Of a stretch of 64,000 nucleotides of DNA, positions 39,001-47,200 are shown in pieces. The translations under genes and the position numbers were made by a program. This DNA is from Giardia intestinalis (taxonomy: Eukaryota). Below the pieces are notes generated by a model, which saw only the letters and a program-made list of their open reading frames with translations, ran no database searches and had not been told where the DNA came from. Every line of letters begins with the position of its first letter. Position 1 is the stretch's first letter. Location: the NCBI GenBank assembly GCA_000002435.2, contig CM018793.1; one strand, given 5' to 3'.

Positions 39001-42000
39001 TTGAACATCACAGTACTAAAAGGAGCCGCTGGAGCGGGTGAAGGCTTCTCTGCTGAGCAGTACAAGTTGGGCCACGAAACGCTTCATGCCAGTTTTTCTT
39101 TAGATGCTTCTTTACGTGAAGCCTCTTTTGACCCTAGAGCTGATATTGAAGGTGTTTACGCTAGTATGTCTCCTACAGCACGACTCGGTGACGACGGATA
39201 TAATAAGCTCGAACAAAACCAAAGCGACACACAAGCAGCTTCCAGTCCTCATCCATTTACATTTCTAATCCACAAATTGGGTATTATGCCCAATTACATA
39301 TCAATAGCATACTCCTGTCAGCAGGATAGCACAAACAATCAGTTCACAGACCAATTTGATATCATTCTCTTAAATATGACTACAGGGCTAACAGACTGTT
39401 TAAAAGACACATGCACGAAAATAGGTCTACCATTAATCAATAGAGGAGAGTCTGCGGCTGGATGCAGACGCTTGCTATTCTTCCCCAACATAGAAGGGCC
39501 ACATGAGTTCAGCAAGAGCTACGATTTTACTACTTTTAGAGGCACTATGGCATCGGATGCTAACCTTGCGGTGCATGAAATTACTGACATGCAGCATGCG
39601 GAAAGACACGATAGCCGCTCCTTCACAGTTATAAAAGGCGCAAGCAGCAACCTTTATGCTAGCATTCATATGCTCCAGCAGCCGGGACGGATGGGCAGTG
39701 GTGGATCCGGGACCTTGAGCTTTAACCTGTTGACAAGGATTGGAAGTGAGTTTCTAGAGAATATAAAAGCTGAAACCTTTATTGAGAAGAGCTTTTACGA
39801 TACTATCAAGACCAAGAAGTTTGCACACGTGATTATAGACCCTTATAATCAGCTCCCGTTTGCATATAAGCACCACTATGCGGAAAAGAACGATAAAGAT
39901 AATAACAATTGCTACAGATCTATCGCCAAGGTCGATTGTGAACGAGACATAGCTGTGCAGCTAGAGTCTTTGAACTCACTTAGCTATAATTGTAACAATG
40001 ACGTCATTCCCCTTCTCTTGGGTATTCTTTATTCTGAGGCAGTAGCACCAGCACTCCAAGAGACCGCGTTCAAAATTCTCATCTATAAAATAACCCGCGA
40101 TAACTTCTATGAGGCTGTTAACAAAGAAATGAGCCGTCTTGAAATGAATAGCAAGGTTAAAGAGCAAAAGCAGTGGATTCTCTTGTTGAACATATACTTC
40201 TTCGGCCATAGACGCCTGTTGAACGCATTTCCCATTCTTCCAGATGGGTACACCGGGCTAACGGCACACAGATATGATCACGAATGCATTATGAAGCTAG
40301 ATGTAGGATCGTTGGTCGCTTATGCCCTGCTGTGTGGGTATGTCTCTATGTCCAAAGCCACTGACCTGCTCTCCTTGTTAAACAAGGACAGTGATACTGC
40401 CTCCTCTAGTCACGCACTAACGATAGCGGTTCTTCAGGCACTTACCTGGCAAATAATCCGTAAAGTGATCGTTATTAATACAGAAGTCTACATGGTCTTG
40501 CTCATCTTCATCAACTTTCTTATTAGCAACGCCACTATGATCTCTGTTCGCCGAATGGCCATTTGCTCGTTGACATTAATCGTATCGACGGCCTGGGAAA
40601 ATCCTGGAGTAGCGACTGCTCTTATTGATCTTTTCAATGAAAAGGAGCTTATTTCGGAAAAGATACGCCTCCTTATTAGTTGCTTATTTGGTGGTGGTTG
40701 TTGCGACCAGGATTTGCATGCTATTAGACCCAGTTTGCTCGATACAAAAGATCGTCCTAGATGCTCCTGTAATTGCTGCAACTGTGCACTTATAAACAGC
40801 GATAAATCACTCGGTCCCTTTATTATTATAAGGGTGATTTTTGTCCACATTCTGTTAGATATCATAGATTTATACCTTGAGAACAATAGAAATTCATCTG
40901 AATCCAGTATGGACGCGACACACCTGCATTACTCTCCAGCTGTGGCCGGGATGTTCATCAGCCGGGAGGTTGTGGACGAGTGCTTCCACTGCCTGGACTT
41001 GCTGGGAACAAATAACTACATGACCTCCAGCGACTCAACCGCGTACATCGTCCAGCCGCTCTCGAGCCGCTTCGTCGCGGCCCTGTACAGAGGGACGGTC
41101 TACTCCCAGACACACAGCATGGACCCGTGCAACCGCTACGCCATGTCCAACGCGGAGGCGCTGGTCTTCATGATGGCCTACGTGACCCATCTCTTCACCC
41201 TTCCCCTTAACGAGTCCAAACAGGTTGAGTGGGACGTGCTGCGCGGGTGCCCCGTATGCCTCGTCAACGGGGGCTGCCGGTGCGTACGAGTGAGCTGGCC
41301 TGCCGTCAGGAGCCCCGACTCAAAGTCTGCCCCACAGAACTACGTGACCGTTCGGTGCCTGACGTCGGACTTCTTCTGGACATACGAGCAAAGCTCTAGC
41401 AGCTATGCTAGCCTTGAGGAGTACTTCGATAAGCATTACGTGGCCCAGGACCCCATCACAGCCGCAGTGTTTGAAAACGGCAGGCTGGTCAACGCCCACT
41501 TCAATCCCAAGAAGCGCTACGACGCGGTCCTGTTCAGACGAGCGGACAGGGCGGACAGAGAAGACAATAGCACAAACCCCGAGCCCCGGGCGAGCTCGTG
41601 CTACCCGGAATTCATGCTTCCGTGCCTCTACAACCCGACCACGCGCATCAACTATCCCGGGTACCTATTCAGACAGTGCCTCTTCGACGCCGCGGGCTGC
41701 ATGATCGGGCAGTCTGTCGCATCCCGGCTCATCGACATGCTCTTGTATCCGGCAGGGCCCCGGGTGCAGCAGAAGGAGGAAGCCGGCGATGCCTGCACTC
41801 CCGCCGCCTTAGAGTTGTTCAAGAGAGCAGCAGGATTTGGAGAAGACATGCCACTTCTTATCCTTAACGCCATCAGCACGCTGCACGGCGTGAATCTCCT
41901 TAGGGCTCTGCCGCCCTCTCAATTCGACAGTGAGGCAGAGATCGAGGCCCTGGCAGAGCACCAGAGGACGGCATCTTTCAAGGACGCACTGCTGGCAGCA

Positions 42001-42207
42001 ACGCACAGCCACAGCGAATACGTCAACGTTATGACGACGTTCTGCGAAGAGAATGTCACGCTGAAGGCGGGAATGAACGACAACGTGTGCAAGATGGAGC
42101 ACAACATGGGGTACCTCATCCACGCGCGGTATGAGTCGTCCAACGACCAGGTTCGAGGAACGGTGCTGCGGTTCGCTGGATTTGTAATAGGTTACATGCC
42201 CAACTGA
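36094..42207 (+). CDS. Giant hypothetical protein (~2037 aa; first ATG 36028 rejected as it lies inside the Bud32 CDS)
   Basis: 6.1-kb uninterrupted ORF with no recognisable catalytic motifs. The 3' ~1.3 kb (from ~40.9 kb) is far more GC-rich than the rest. Confidence 0.6.
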   Translation: MFPSLHLSIRPNFSQRSVIGVAIYTYSTPLKLPLPIIPIFCRSSIIKQILLNGIECPSEALFPINHSLLYSAESAPKPSKSYTSLLDLQDLVYTARTVRYRVGDFYLDLSSLLPQFALAEQLKASSTALGGSLDPDATDTVKDPLHASAAAPRFNLMTITIIFETCNRSLFIEYPSTSTLMSGRLSTMLVVGNTGNSADWLPIPLFSMSVSHNITLQFASLPQEYRPICGGRLCICSRAGSQSLPATQVTCASTGYLFTDLFGSLHKLCFIIARANGFLHMEPFHTPDAKNVKDGTSANRKESQHSFDFLRTEYHKLIDQHRTISIYELVRLSPILQSIFTFPHNAKDGGFIGLNLVCYTLTNMRQYDLSAQVYTLYKAFRLAIDFLSLTPHRGRNFNIAIFFDGCGRTIIGNGIIVIPLMPCNYMAACMSYMRVISEVVAKYIFGVHVPAADYASQPVCTVLQQALMLHIRHALLGAVDTRRFYYEVSIRGASEVSASSPALWHQYLTHDVEERYNPGQFYLHHIKGALNYGLYGTPMDRIDGLLKNVGCTSKGTLNASIKKASIKAPACISHLEAVYNFLDTSFGTSYSVKPSNKNVWLAESDKDRLHFLNSQGSYKSANLKLKKGKKSHASKSHEYYPSDCQIYTTHLKETNPIEVAALTADKSRWFNHNTLYNVDFLLNLYRSTAATAFTQMGALTNKHVEDLAQTTIHHSKHAVSLDPDNFSLGNSFSSPTMPRKMGMQLSTALKVDQSFEVDDVVTDFGVDIDSQSAASSSVFAGGKQSGTFRSVDTQAAYTLYGTQKSGILKGSQYSANMSDGVDGDSALLLSLKRPMDACIQSLANSLCLDMESLSLMYFYINEPFFPIAYAVPEDKIRTRAEIIGMTIRNNLTTQGFRSFLQSFLDIGYVQINLFFKFLDEVCSNKSYFTGGTWLKTVASDAPDISPEKDAGVDFPDPNLSLLPDTGEYSLNITVLKGAAGAGEGFSAEQYKLGHETLHASFSLDASLREASFDPRADIEGVYASMSPTARLGDDGYNKLEQNQSDTQAASSPHPFTFLIHKLGIMPNYISIAYSCQQDSTNNQFTDQFDIILLNMTTGLTDCLKDTCTKIGLPLINRGESAAGCRRLLFFPNIEGPHEFSKSYDFTTFRGTMASDANLAVHEITDMQHAERHDSRSFTVIKGASSNLYASIHMLQQPGRMGSGGSGTLSFNLLTRIGSEFLENIKAETFIEKSFYDTIKTKKFAHVIIDPYNQLPFAYKHHYAEKNDKDNNNCYRSIAKVDCERDIAVQLESLNSLSYNCNNDVIPLLLGILYSEAVAPALQETAFKILIYKITRDNFYEAVNKEMSRLEMNSKVKEQKQWILLLNIYFFGHRRLLNAFPILPDGYTGLTAHRYDHECIMKLDVGSLVAYALLCGYVSMSKATDLLSLLNKDSDTASSSHALTIAVLQALTWQIIRKVIVINTEVYMVLLIFINFLISNATMISVRRMAICSLTLIVSTAWENPGVATALIDLFNEKELISEKIRLLISCLFGGGCCDQDLHAIRPSLLDTKDRPRCSCNCCNCALINSDKSLGPFIIIRVIFVHILLDIIDLYLENNRNSSESSMDATHLHYSPAVAGMFISREVVDECFHCLDLLGTNNYMTSSDSTAYIVQPLSSRFVAALYRGTVYSQTHSMDPCNRYAMSNAEALVFMMAYVTHLFTLPLNESKQVEWDVLRGCPVCLVNGGCRCVRVSWPAVRSPDSKSAPQNYVTVRCLTSDFFWTYEQSSSSYASLEEYFDKHYVAQDPITAAVFENGRLVNAHFNPKKRYDAVLFRRADRADREDNSTNPEPRASSCYPEFMLPCLYNPTTRINYPGYLFRQCLFDAAGCMIGQSVASRLIDMLLYPAGPRVQQKEEAGDACTPAALELFKRAAGFGEDMPLLILNAISTLHGVNLLRALPPSQFDSEAEIEALAEHQRTASFKDALLAATHSHSEYVNVMTTFCEENVTLKAGMNDNVCKMEHNMGYLIHARYESSNDQVRGTVLRFAGFVIGYMPN

Positions 42208-43367
42208 GCAGCACTGAGACCAGGAGGCAGCAGCTCGTGCCGGCGCCAGTTGTCCCTCACAAGAGAAAGCGCCTCGTCCCTGGATAGGCTGCGCTCAGAC
42301 GCAAGAACCTCAATCGCGGTCGCCATTGACCTGTCCCAGTCGTCCTGGTCCTCGCGGTACCAGTCCGTCTCCAGAAGCAGGCACTCCTTGTCAGACTTCC
42401 GTATGCACGCCCGGGTGGCCTTGTTTGCCTCTGTGAAGTGGGACACGGAAAGGAGCACGCGTCCGTGGCATGTAGAGACGGCAGCCTGCAGCTTGCGGAA
42501 TGTCTCGTGGGTCCCGTTGTAGGAGTGCATTATAATGCTGCGATTGTAGCTGGCATACTTCCTGGCCATGGCCTCCAGCTGCTCCGTGAAGATAGGCCAG
42601 AGGCCAGGCTTACGAGAGATGATGTGGACGTTGCAGTCCCTGTTCATCTCGAAGGCCATCTCCAGCTGCGGGGAAAAGTAGCGGGTCTGTGTGTCCAGTG
42701 GAGAGTCAGCCAGCGCGGCCGGCCGAGTGTCCAGGCCTATCTCCCCCACAAACGCGGTCTGGTCCGCAGCCAGTCTTGCTCTGACTTCAGCCAGTGTCGC
42801 TGCAAGATCGGGGTGCATGTGCAGGTAGTACGGGTGCACTCCGTACCCGACTCGTACAGAGAGGGGATGGATCCTCCTGAACTCGGCAAGGTCTTCGAAC
42901 TGAGTCGGGTCTGTGGCGTTCAGGAGATAGACGTGGTCCGGCCTGAACCAGGTGCCGACAAACGCCGAACTGAAGTGGCAGTGAGCGTCAAGCATTTTAA
43001 GTGTCGCCCCTGGGGGCATCGGAGAGATCAGCGTGGGTCTGGAAGAACCGTCGGACGTCCTCAGCAGTAGCAGGGGCTCCTCGAGCTGGCCGCTCCGCTG
43101 GCGGTGGGCCTCGGACGACAGGTGTTGCACCAGGGCCAGGGAGTCCTTGAAGGCGAGATCGCACAGCGTGCACCTCAGACAACCGCTGGATGCACGCTTC
43201 CCGTCGTCGATGACGGTCTGGGTGCCAGAGAGGGCGACCAGCTGCGCATACCTCGACATGCGGACGGTGTCCGTGCGGTCAATTTTCGTTGGTCCATTCA
43301 CTCCTATATCTCCGGACGCTTCACCGCGCCAGGACCTAGAAGGGCTCTGGCGGTACGTATCCTTCAT
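42192..43367 (-). CDS. TatD-family metal-dependent nuclease with N-terminal C2H2 (U1/matrin-type) zinc finger
   Basis: Zinc finger CLRCTLCDLAFKDSLALVQHLSSEAHRQ. TatD motifs LDAHCHF, GEIGLD, HIISRKP, IIMHSYNG and LLETDWY. Overlaps the 3' end of the convergent giant ORF by 16 nt. Confidence 0.75.
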   Translation of the reverse strand: MKDTYRQSPSRSWRGEASGDIGVNGPTKIDRTDTVRMSRYAQLVALSGTQTVIDDGKRASSGCLRCTLCDLAFKDSLALVQHLSSEAHRQRSGQLEEPLLLLRTSDGSSRPTLISPMPPGATLKMLDAHCHFSSAFVGTWFRPDHVYLLNATDPTQFEDLAEFRRIHPLSVRVGYGVHPYYLHMHPDLAATLAEVRARLAADQTAFVGEIGLDTRPAALADSPLDTQTRYFSPQLEMAFEMNRDCNVHIISRKPGLWPIFTEQLEAMARKYASYNRSIIMHSYNGTHETFRKLQAAVSTCHGRVLLSVSHFTEANKATRACIRKSDKECLLLETDWYREDQDDWDRSMATAIEVLASERSLSRDEALSLVRDNWRRHELLPPGLSAAQLGM

Positions 43368-43561
43368 CTGTGCGTTTTTCTTCTCACTTATCTCCCTTAT
43401 ATCTTAGGGATACTTCTTTCTGGAGGACTTAGAAGCTACCAATAGGGCAGAGAAGTTAGAGGTTAAGGAAATGGAGGCAAAGCCATTGATGACTGATTTA
43501 TGACGTTGTTTGCACAGCAATTATCACAGGCTTAGGAGACATCCCCCTGTAAGTAGGAAAC

Positions 43562-44233
43562 TCACGAGACAATGAAGCTATTGATCCACGTACACAGGTC
43601 TTTCTGCTCGGCCAATGAACAAAAAATATCCGCTACGCTCACCCCTCCTGGAAATCTTTTCATCATATCATTAATCTCTTCGCCAAAAACGTCTATTTTA
43701 TCGGACACGTGTGTAAATAATAACTTATCATTTTTCGGAACTTTGATCTTCTTTTCGGCCTCTACCAGGGTTTCGTTGACTTCCTCTGAATTGGACACAA
43801 TATCCTGAAGCTGTTTCAGTGCTTGGTACTGACTATTACTAATGGCTTCGACTCTATTCTTGGCACTTTTTAGTTCGTCCCGCAGGCGGTGTAGCTCCAA
43901 GTCAAGCTCGTACGCGTACTTGTAGTGAGTAGCGAACGCTGCGATATGGCGGGATGTCTCTTCTGCAAATTCTCTGTAGAGCTGCTTAAGCTTTGAGAGC
44001 GCCATCTTGCTGGGCGGCCCCTCAGACGCCCTAGTTAATTGATCTGCGGCACCACTTGCCGAGTGAACCAGTCCTGGCTTCTGACCAAAGTTGAAAGCAG
44101 AGCTTGTTGTGTTCAACTGTGAGAGGCCTAGCTCACTCCCACTCAATGGAGCCACCCCGAATCCACCGGTAGACCCTCGAGATAGGTCCACCGCCGGTGC
44201 CAACGAGCCCCCGAATGAGAAGCCGCTCTGCAT
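43562..44233 (-). CDS. FG-repeat + coiled-coil protein (central-channel nucleoporin-like, Nup62/Nup54/Nup58 class), 223 aa
   Basis: N-terminus MQSGFSFGGSLAP...GGFGVAPLSGSELGLSQLNTTSSAFNFGQKPG, with four FG/GF dipeptides in Gly/Ser-rich context. C-terminal ~130 aa is heptad-rich (LKQLYREFAEETSRHIAAFATHYKYAYELDLELHRLRDELKSAKNRVEAISNSQYQALKQLQDIV). Minus-strand context gaaagatttttattaATG. Confidence 0.5.
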   Translation of the reverse strand: MQSGFSFGGSLAPAVDLSRGSTGGFGVAPLSGSELGLSQLNTTSSAFNFGQKPGLVHSASGAADQLTRASEGPPSKMALSKLKQLYREFAEETSRHIAAFATHYKYAYELDLELHRLRDELKSAKNRVEAISNSQYQALKQLQDIVSNSEEVNETLVEAEKKIKVPKNDKLLFTHVSDKIDVFGEEINDMMKRFPGGVSVADIFCSLAEQKDLCTWINSFIVS

Positions 44234-44265
44234 TAATAAAAATCTTTCGCGGAGAGCAGCTCGCT
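44234..44265. promoter_or_regulatory. 32-bp spacer between divergent ATGs (FG-protein gene and giant membrane-protein gene)
   Basis: taataaaaatctttcgcggagagcagctcgct. Track start 44197 (GTG) would overlap the opposite gene, so it was moved to ATG 44266. Confidence 0.4.
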
Positions 44266-47200
44266 ATGCTGGAGGTCTTCATCTCCGTTTTTGTTTTTCT
44301 TCGACATCACTCCTTTGATGCTAGCCCTGCTGTTTTACTAATGTCCATCTTTTGGGTTATTGCCGGTACCACACTACTGCTGAGCCCCCAGCTGGGTTCG
44401 CCTTATCTTCTAAGCCATTACATATATAACGTCATAATGTCTATGCTTTTGATAAAAGATGTTTACTTTTTTCCCAGCAAGGCGAGTGTACTGCTCCTTC
44501 TAATTCCTCTTTTAAATTTACTTCCATTATTTATGATAATCTTGATAAGATTTTTTACTCCACGTCCTCCTAACACCTTCATTTACATATTATGTTATTT
44601 AACGCAAATTTTTATGTTTCTGTGGCTAGAAGGCTGTGGGCCGTATGCGTTTTACAAGTTGTCCGGGTCGCTGGCCCTTTTGCTCAAGCGCATTGCGGAA
44701 GGTATCGCCACCAGGGGGTTTTTTCCTGCCATCTTTAGCACCGATTCTCTTGTACTAATCTACTATAGCGTGCTTACCGTGTTCCACTACCAAATCAATC
44801 TATCCTTTATGCATGCCCAGAACACTGCAGCCATAAGGGAAACAAAGCTGTTCTTTGCGCCCTCGTTCATTCCTCTGCAGCGGTTTCGTCTACTTTATCT
44901 CATTTCCTTGATCGTCCAGCAGTTCTTTGAAAACATAGTCTTTTCCATCTACTTTGTCTATTGCGCTCTGGTCTTTGTTAACGCTTATCTCATTGCTTCG
45001 CGCGGTTCGCTCTCCCATGTTCACAACGGTCCCTGGATAACCCTATCCCTTTCAACCTTCATTTTATTTTACAGCTGCTACAATATATTAATAACCATAT
45101 TTCCGTTGATCGTAGGTAAGGTCTCTAGATACAGTACTCTTTTAATGATTTGTCTACCAATCTCTTTGGCTGTTTCAGTCGGTGTGACTGTAACGCTCCT
45201 TGTGCTCGGAAAACGAATTAGGATAAACGTCATTAACGATCATAAGCGGATCAAGGTACGGCACTCTTCTAGCTTTCGTGGACGACACAGGTGCCTTACA
45301 ATCAGACTTCTGTCCACCATTCCGGCAAAGAATGTTAGCGTTAAGGTTCTGACTTCAGATGGCCATCATCCTGCCATGCAGAAGGACACTGCTGTTCTCC
45401 TGGATCCTACTGCAATCCAGAACTATACCCTTCATACTCCTCTCTCTAAATCTATGGTGATGATATTGGCGTTCTATTTTGACATTCATACAGTCGCTAG
45501 CTTTGTTTTACCAAATGACTACACGTTCACAACCGATGATATCAATAGCTTGGTGTACCTCATAAAGGATAGCAAGTCCACCAGGCGTCTGCCAGAAGAG
45601 CGCGTCAAGGAAAGACCAGGAGCACATCCCAATTCTATTGTTTCTTTACCACAGCTGCATAGCGACGCGAACAATCTAATCGGCTCCCCGCCCCTTACCA
45701 GCTCTATTGTGGATTCATCAAATATTGAGCGGCCACGTTCAGCCAGTGCTACCCACCGACATACCACTTTCCTACACCACGCCTTTTCAATTCCCGACAC
45801 TAGCCTCACCATGAATAGAGAGGCACTGGCGGTTGAGCACTTGGTGAGCTGCTCGACAGATGCACCAGCGCCCTGTTACAAGTCATCGAATGACGCTCTC
45901 ACTTATCCATCTAATAGCTCGTCCGAAGACTCGCCCAATTTGTATGGCATATCAGCTACACAAGGCGCTAACTGCCCGTTGCCAACTGGACATACATCCA
46001 AGGCTTCGACCACCCCTAAAACGGGCTGTGAGACACCAAAAGAGCTTCCCCTTACGCCAAATCAAAAGATTTTTAGGGATTTTCTGGGCACATTAGACCC
46101 TCAGAAAATCTTCACATATGTTGTACAAGCAGAGAACCTTCTAGAGGATTTCAGACTTTTCTATGAGAATATATATGCATCGCTGTTTCTTTCTTATTGC
46201 GCTGCGTCGCAAACTTTAGAGTCTATGACGTTACTGGACATTGAGGAATGCCTGCCTATCCCTCTTCTTTTACGCTATCTGCGTGCATGGAAGACGCCTA
46301 GTGACGCATATAACAGTATTATATACTACATTGATCAGTTAAAGAGCGTAGACGACTTGAAGCGGGAATACCAAGCAGCGCGAGCCACCCGTCGAGAACT
46401 TGAACATGCATCCACTGCCCCTAATGCAACGCGCAGCCTTACTCTCAAGCCCATTTTCGTGGAAGCAAGGAAAATACCATCTTTCACTTGTAGCAACTCG
46501 TGCACAAACTGCCCTCGGTGTAGGGTACACGCAGTCTGCAACCACTGTCATGCAAAAATAGCAATCCTTCTAAAATCCACATTTAACTTTGTTATGGGGA
46601 GAATGAAGACAGATAAACCGCCATCTAGAGGCTTCAATTGTCCAGATTGCAATCGGCCATGTTCGCTCAAGATTGTAGAGTCACTCTCAAAGAAACAGAA
46701 TAGGAAGATCCCCGGCACAACTCTGCACACCACATCTGTCAAGCCAAGGATACCTCAAAATTACACAACATTTCTAAACAAATTGACCCCTCTTGGGCGG
46801 CGCATTCAAACACCCACAGCCTACTCCAGAAAAAAGCTACCAGCCGTGGACTTCTTAAGCTTTGAGACTGTATCAGAGCAAACAGACGCAAACCTACCTC
46901 ACTCTCGCCAGCATTCAAAGCGCTTGTCGCGGGATGTTGTGCAGTTATTACTAAAGGCATTTATAAATGACATGGAAAACAGCATAAACGAAGAGACCCC
47001 CATGATATGCGAGTGGGCCACACAAAAGTATGCGTCCACTAATGCTACTGATCAGGCCAGTCTCGATGCAAAGCAGCGGCCAAACTCAAACACAGACTCT
47101 AAGATGTTTTCCCGAGATCAAAATATTGGACTTCTGCACAAGAGTTACTCCGTCATCTCTCCTCAGAACTTCAATGGATCAATCTACTTTTTATCGCCCG

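Noticed and set aside
42140-42160. ggttcgagg T-loop-like string and other candidate tRNA fragments
   Set aside because: It lies inside a CDS and no accompanying acceptor or D/anticodon stems could be built. No convincing tRNA was found anywhere in the window.
41405-43182. Multiple 60-210-aa ORFs in alternative frames across 41.4-43.2 kb
   Set aside because: All lie within the high-GC block covered by the giant ORF C-terminus and the TatD gene. They are Arg/Pro/Ala-rich, typical of GC-driven open frames.
44197-44265. Track start (GTG) of the giant membrane ORF at 44197
   Set aside because: It overlaps the credible ATG (44233) of the divergent FG-protein gene. The first ATG after the spacer is 44266.
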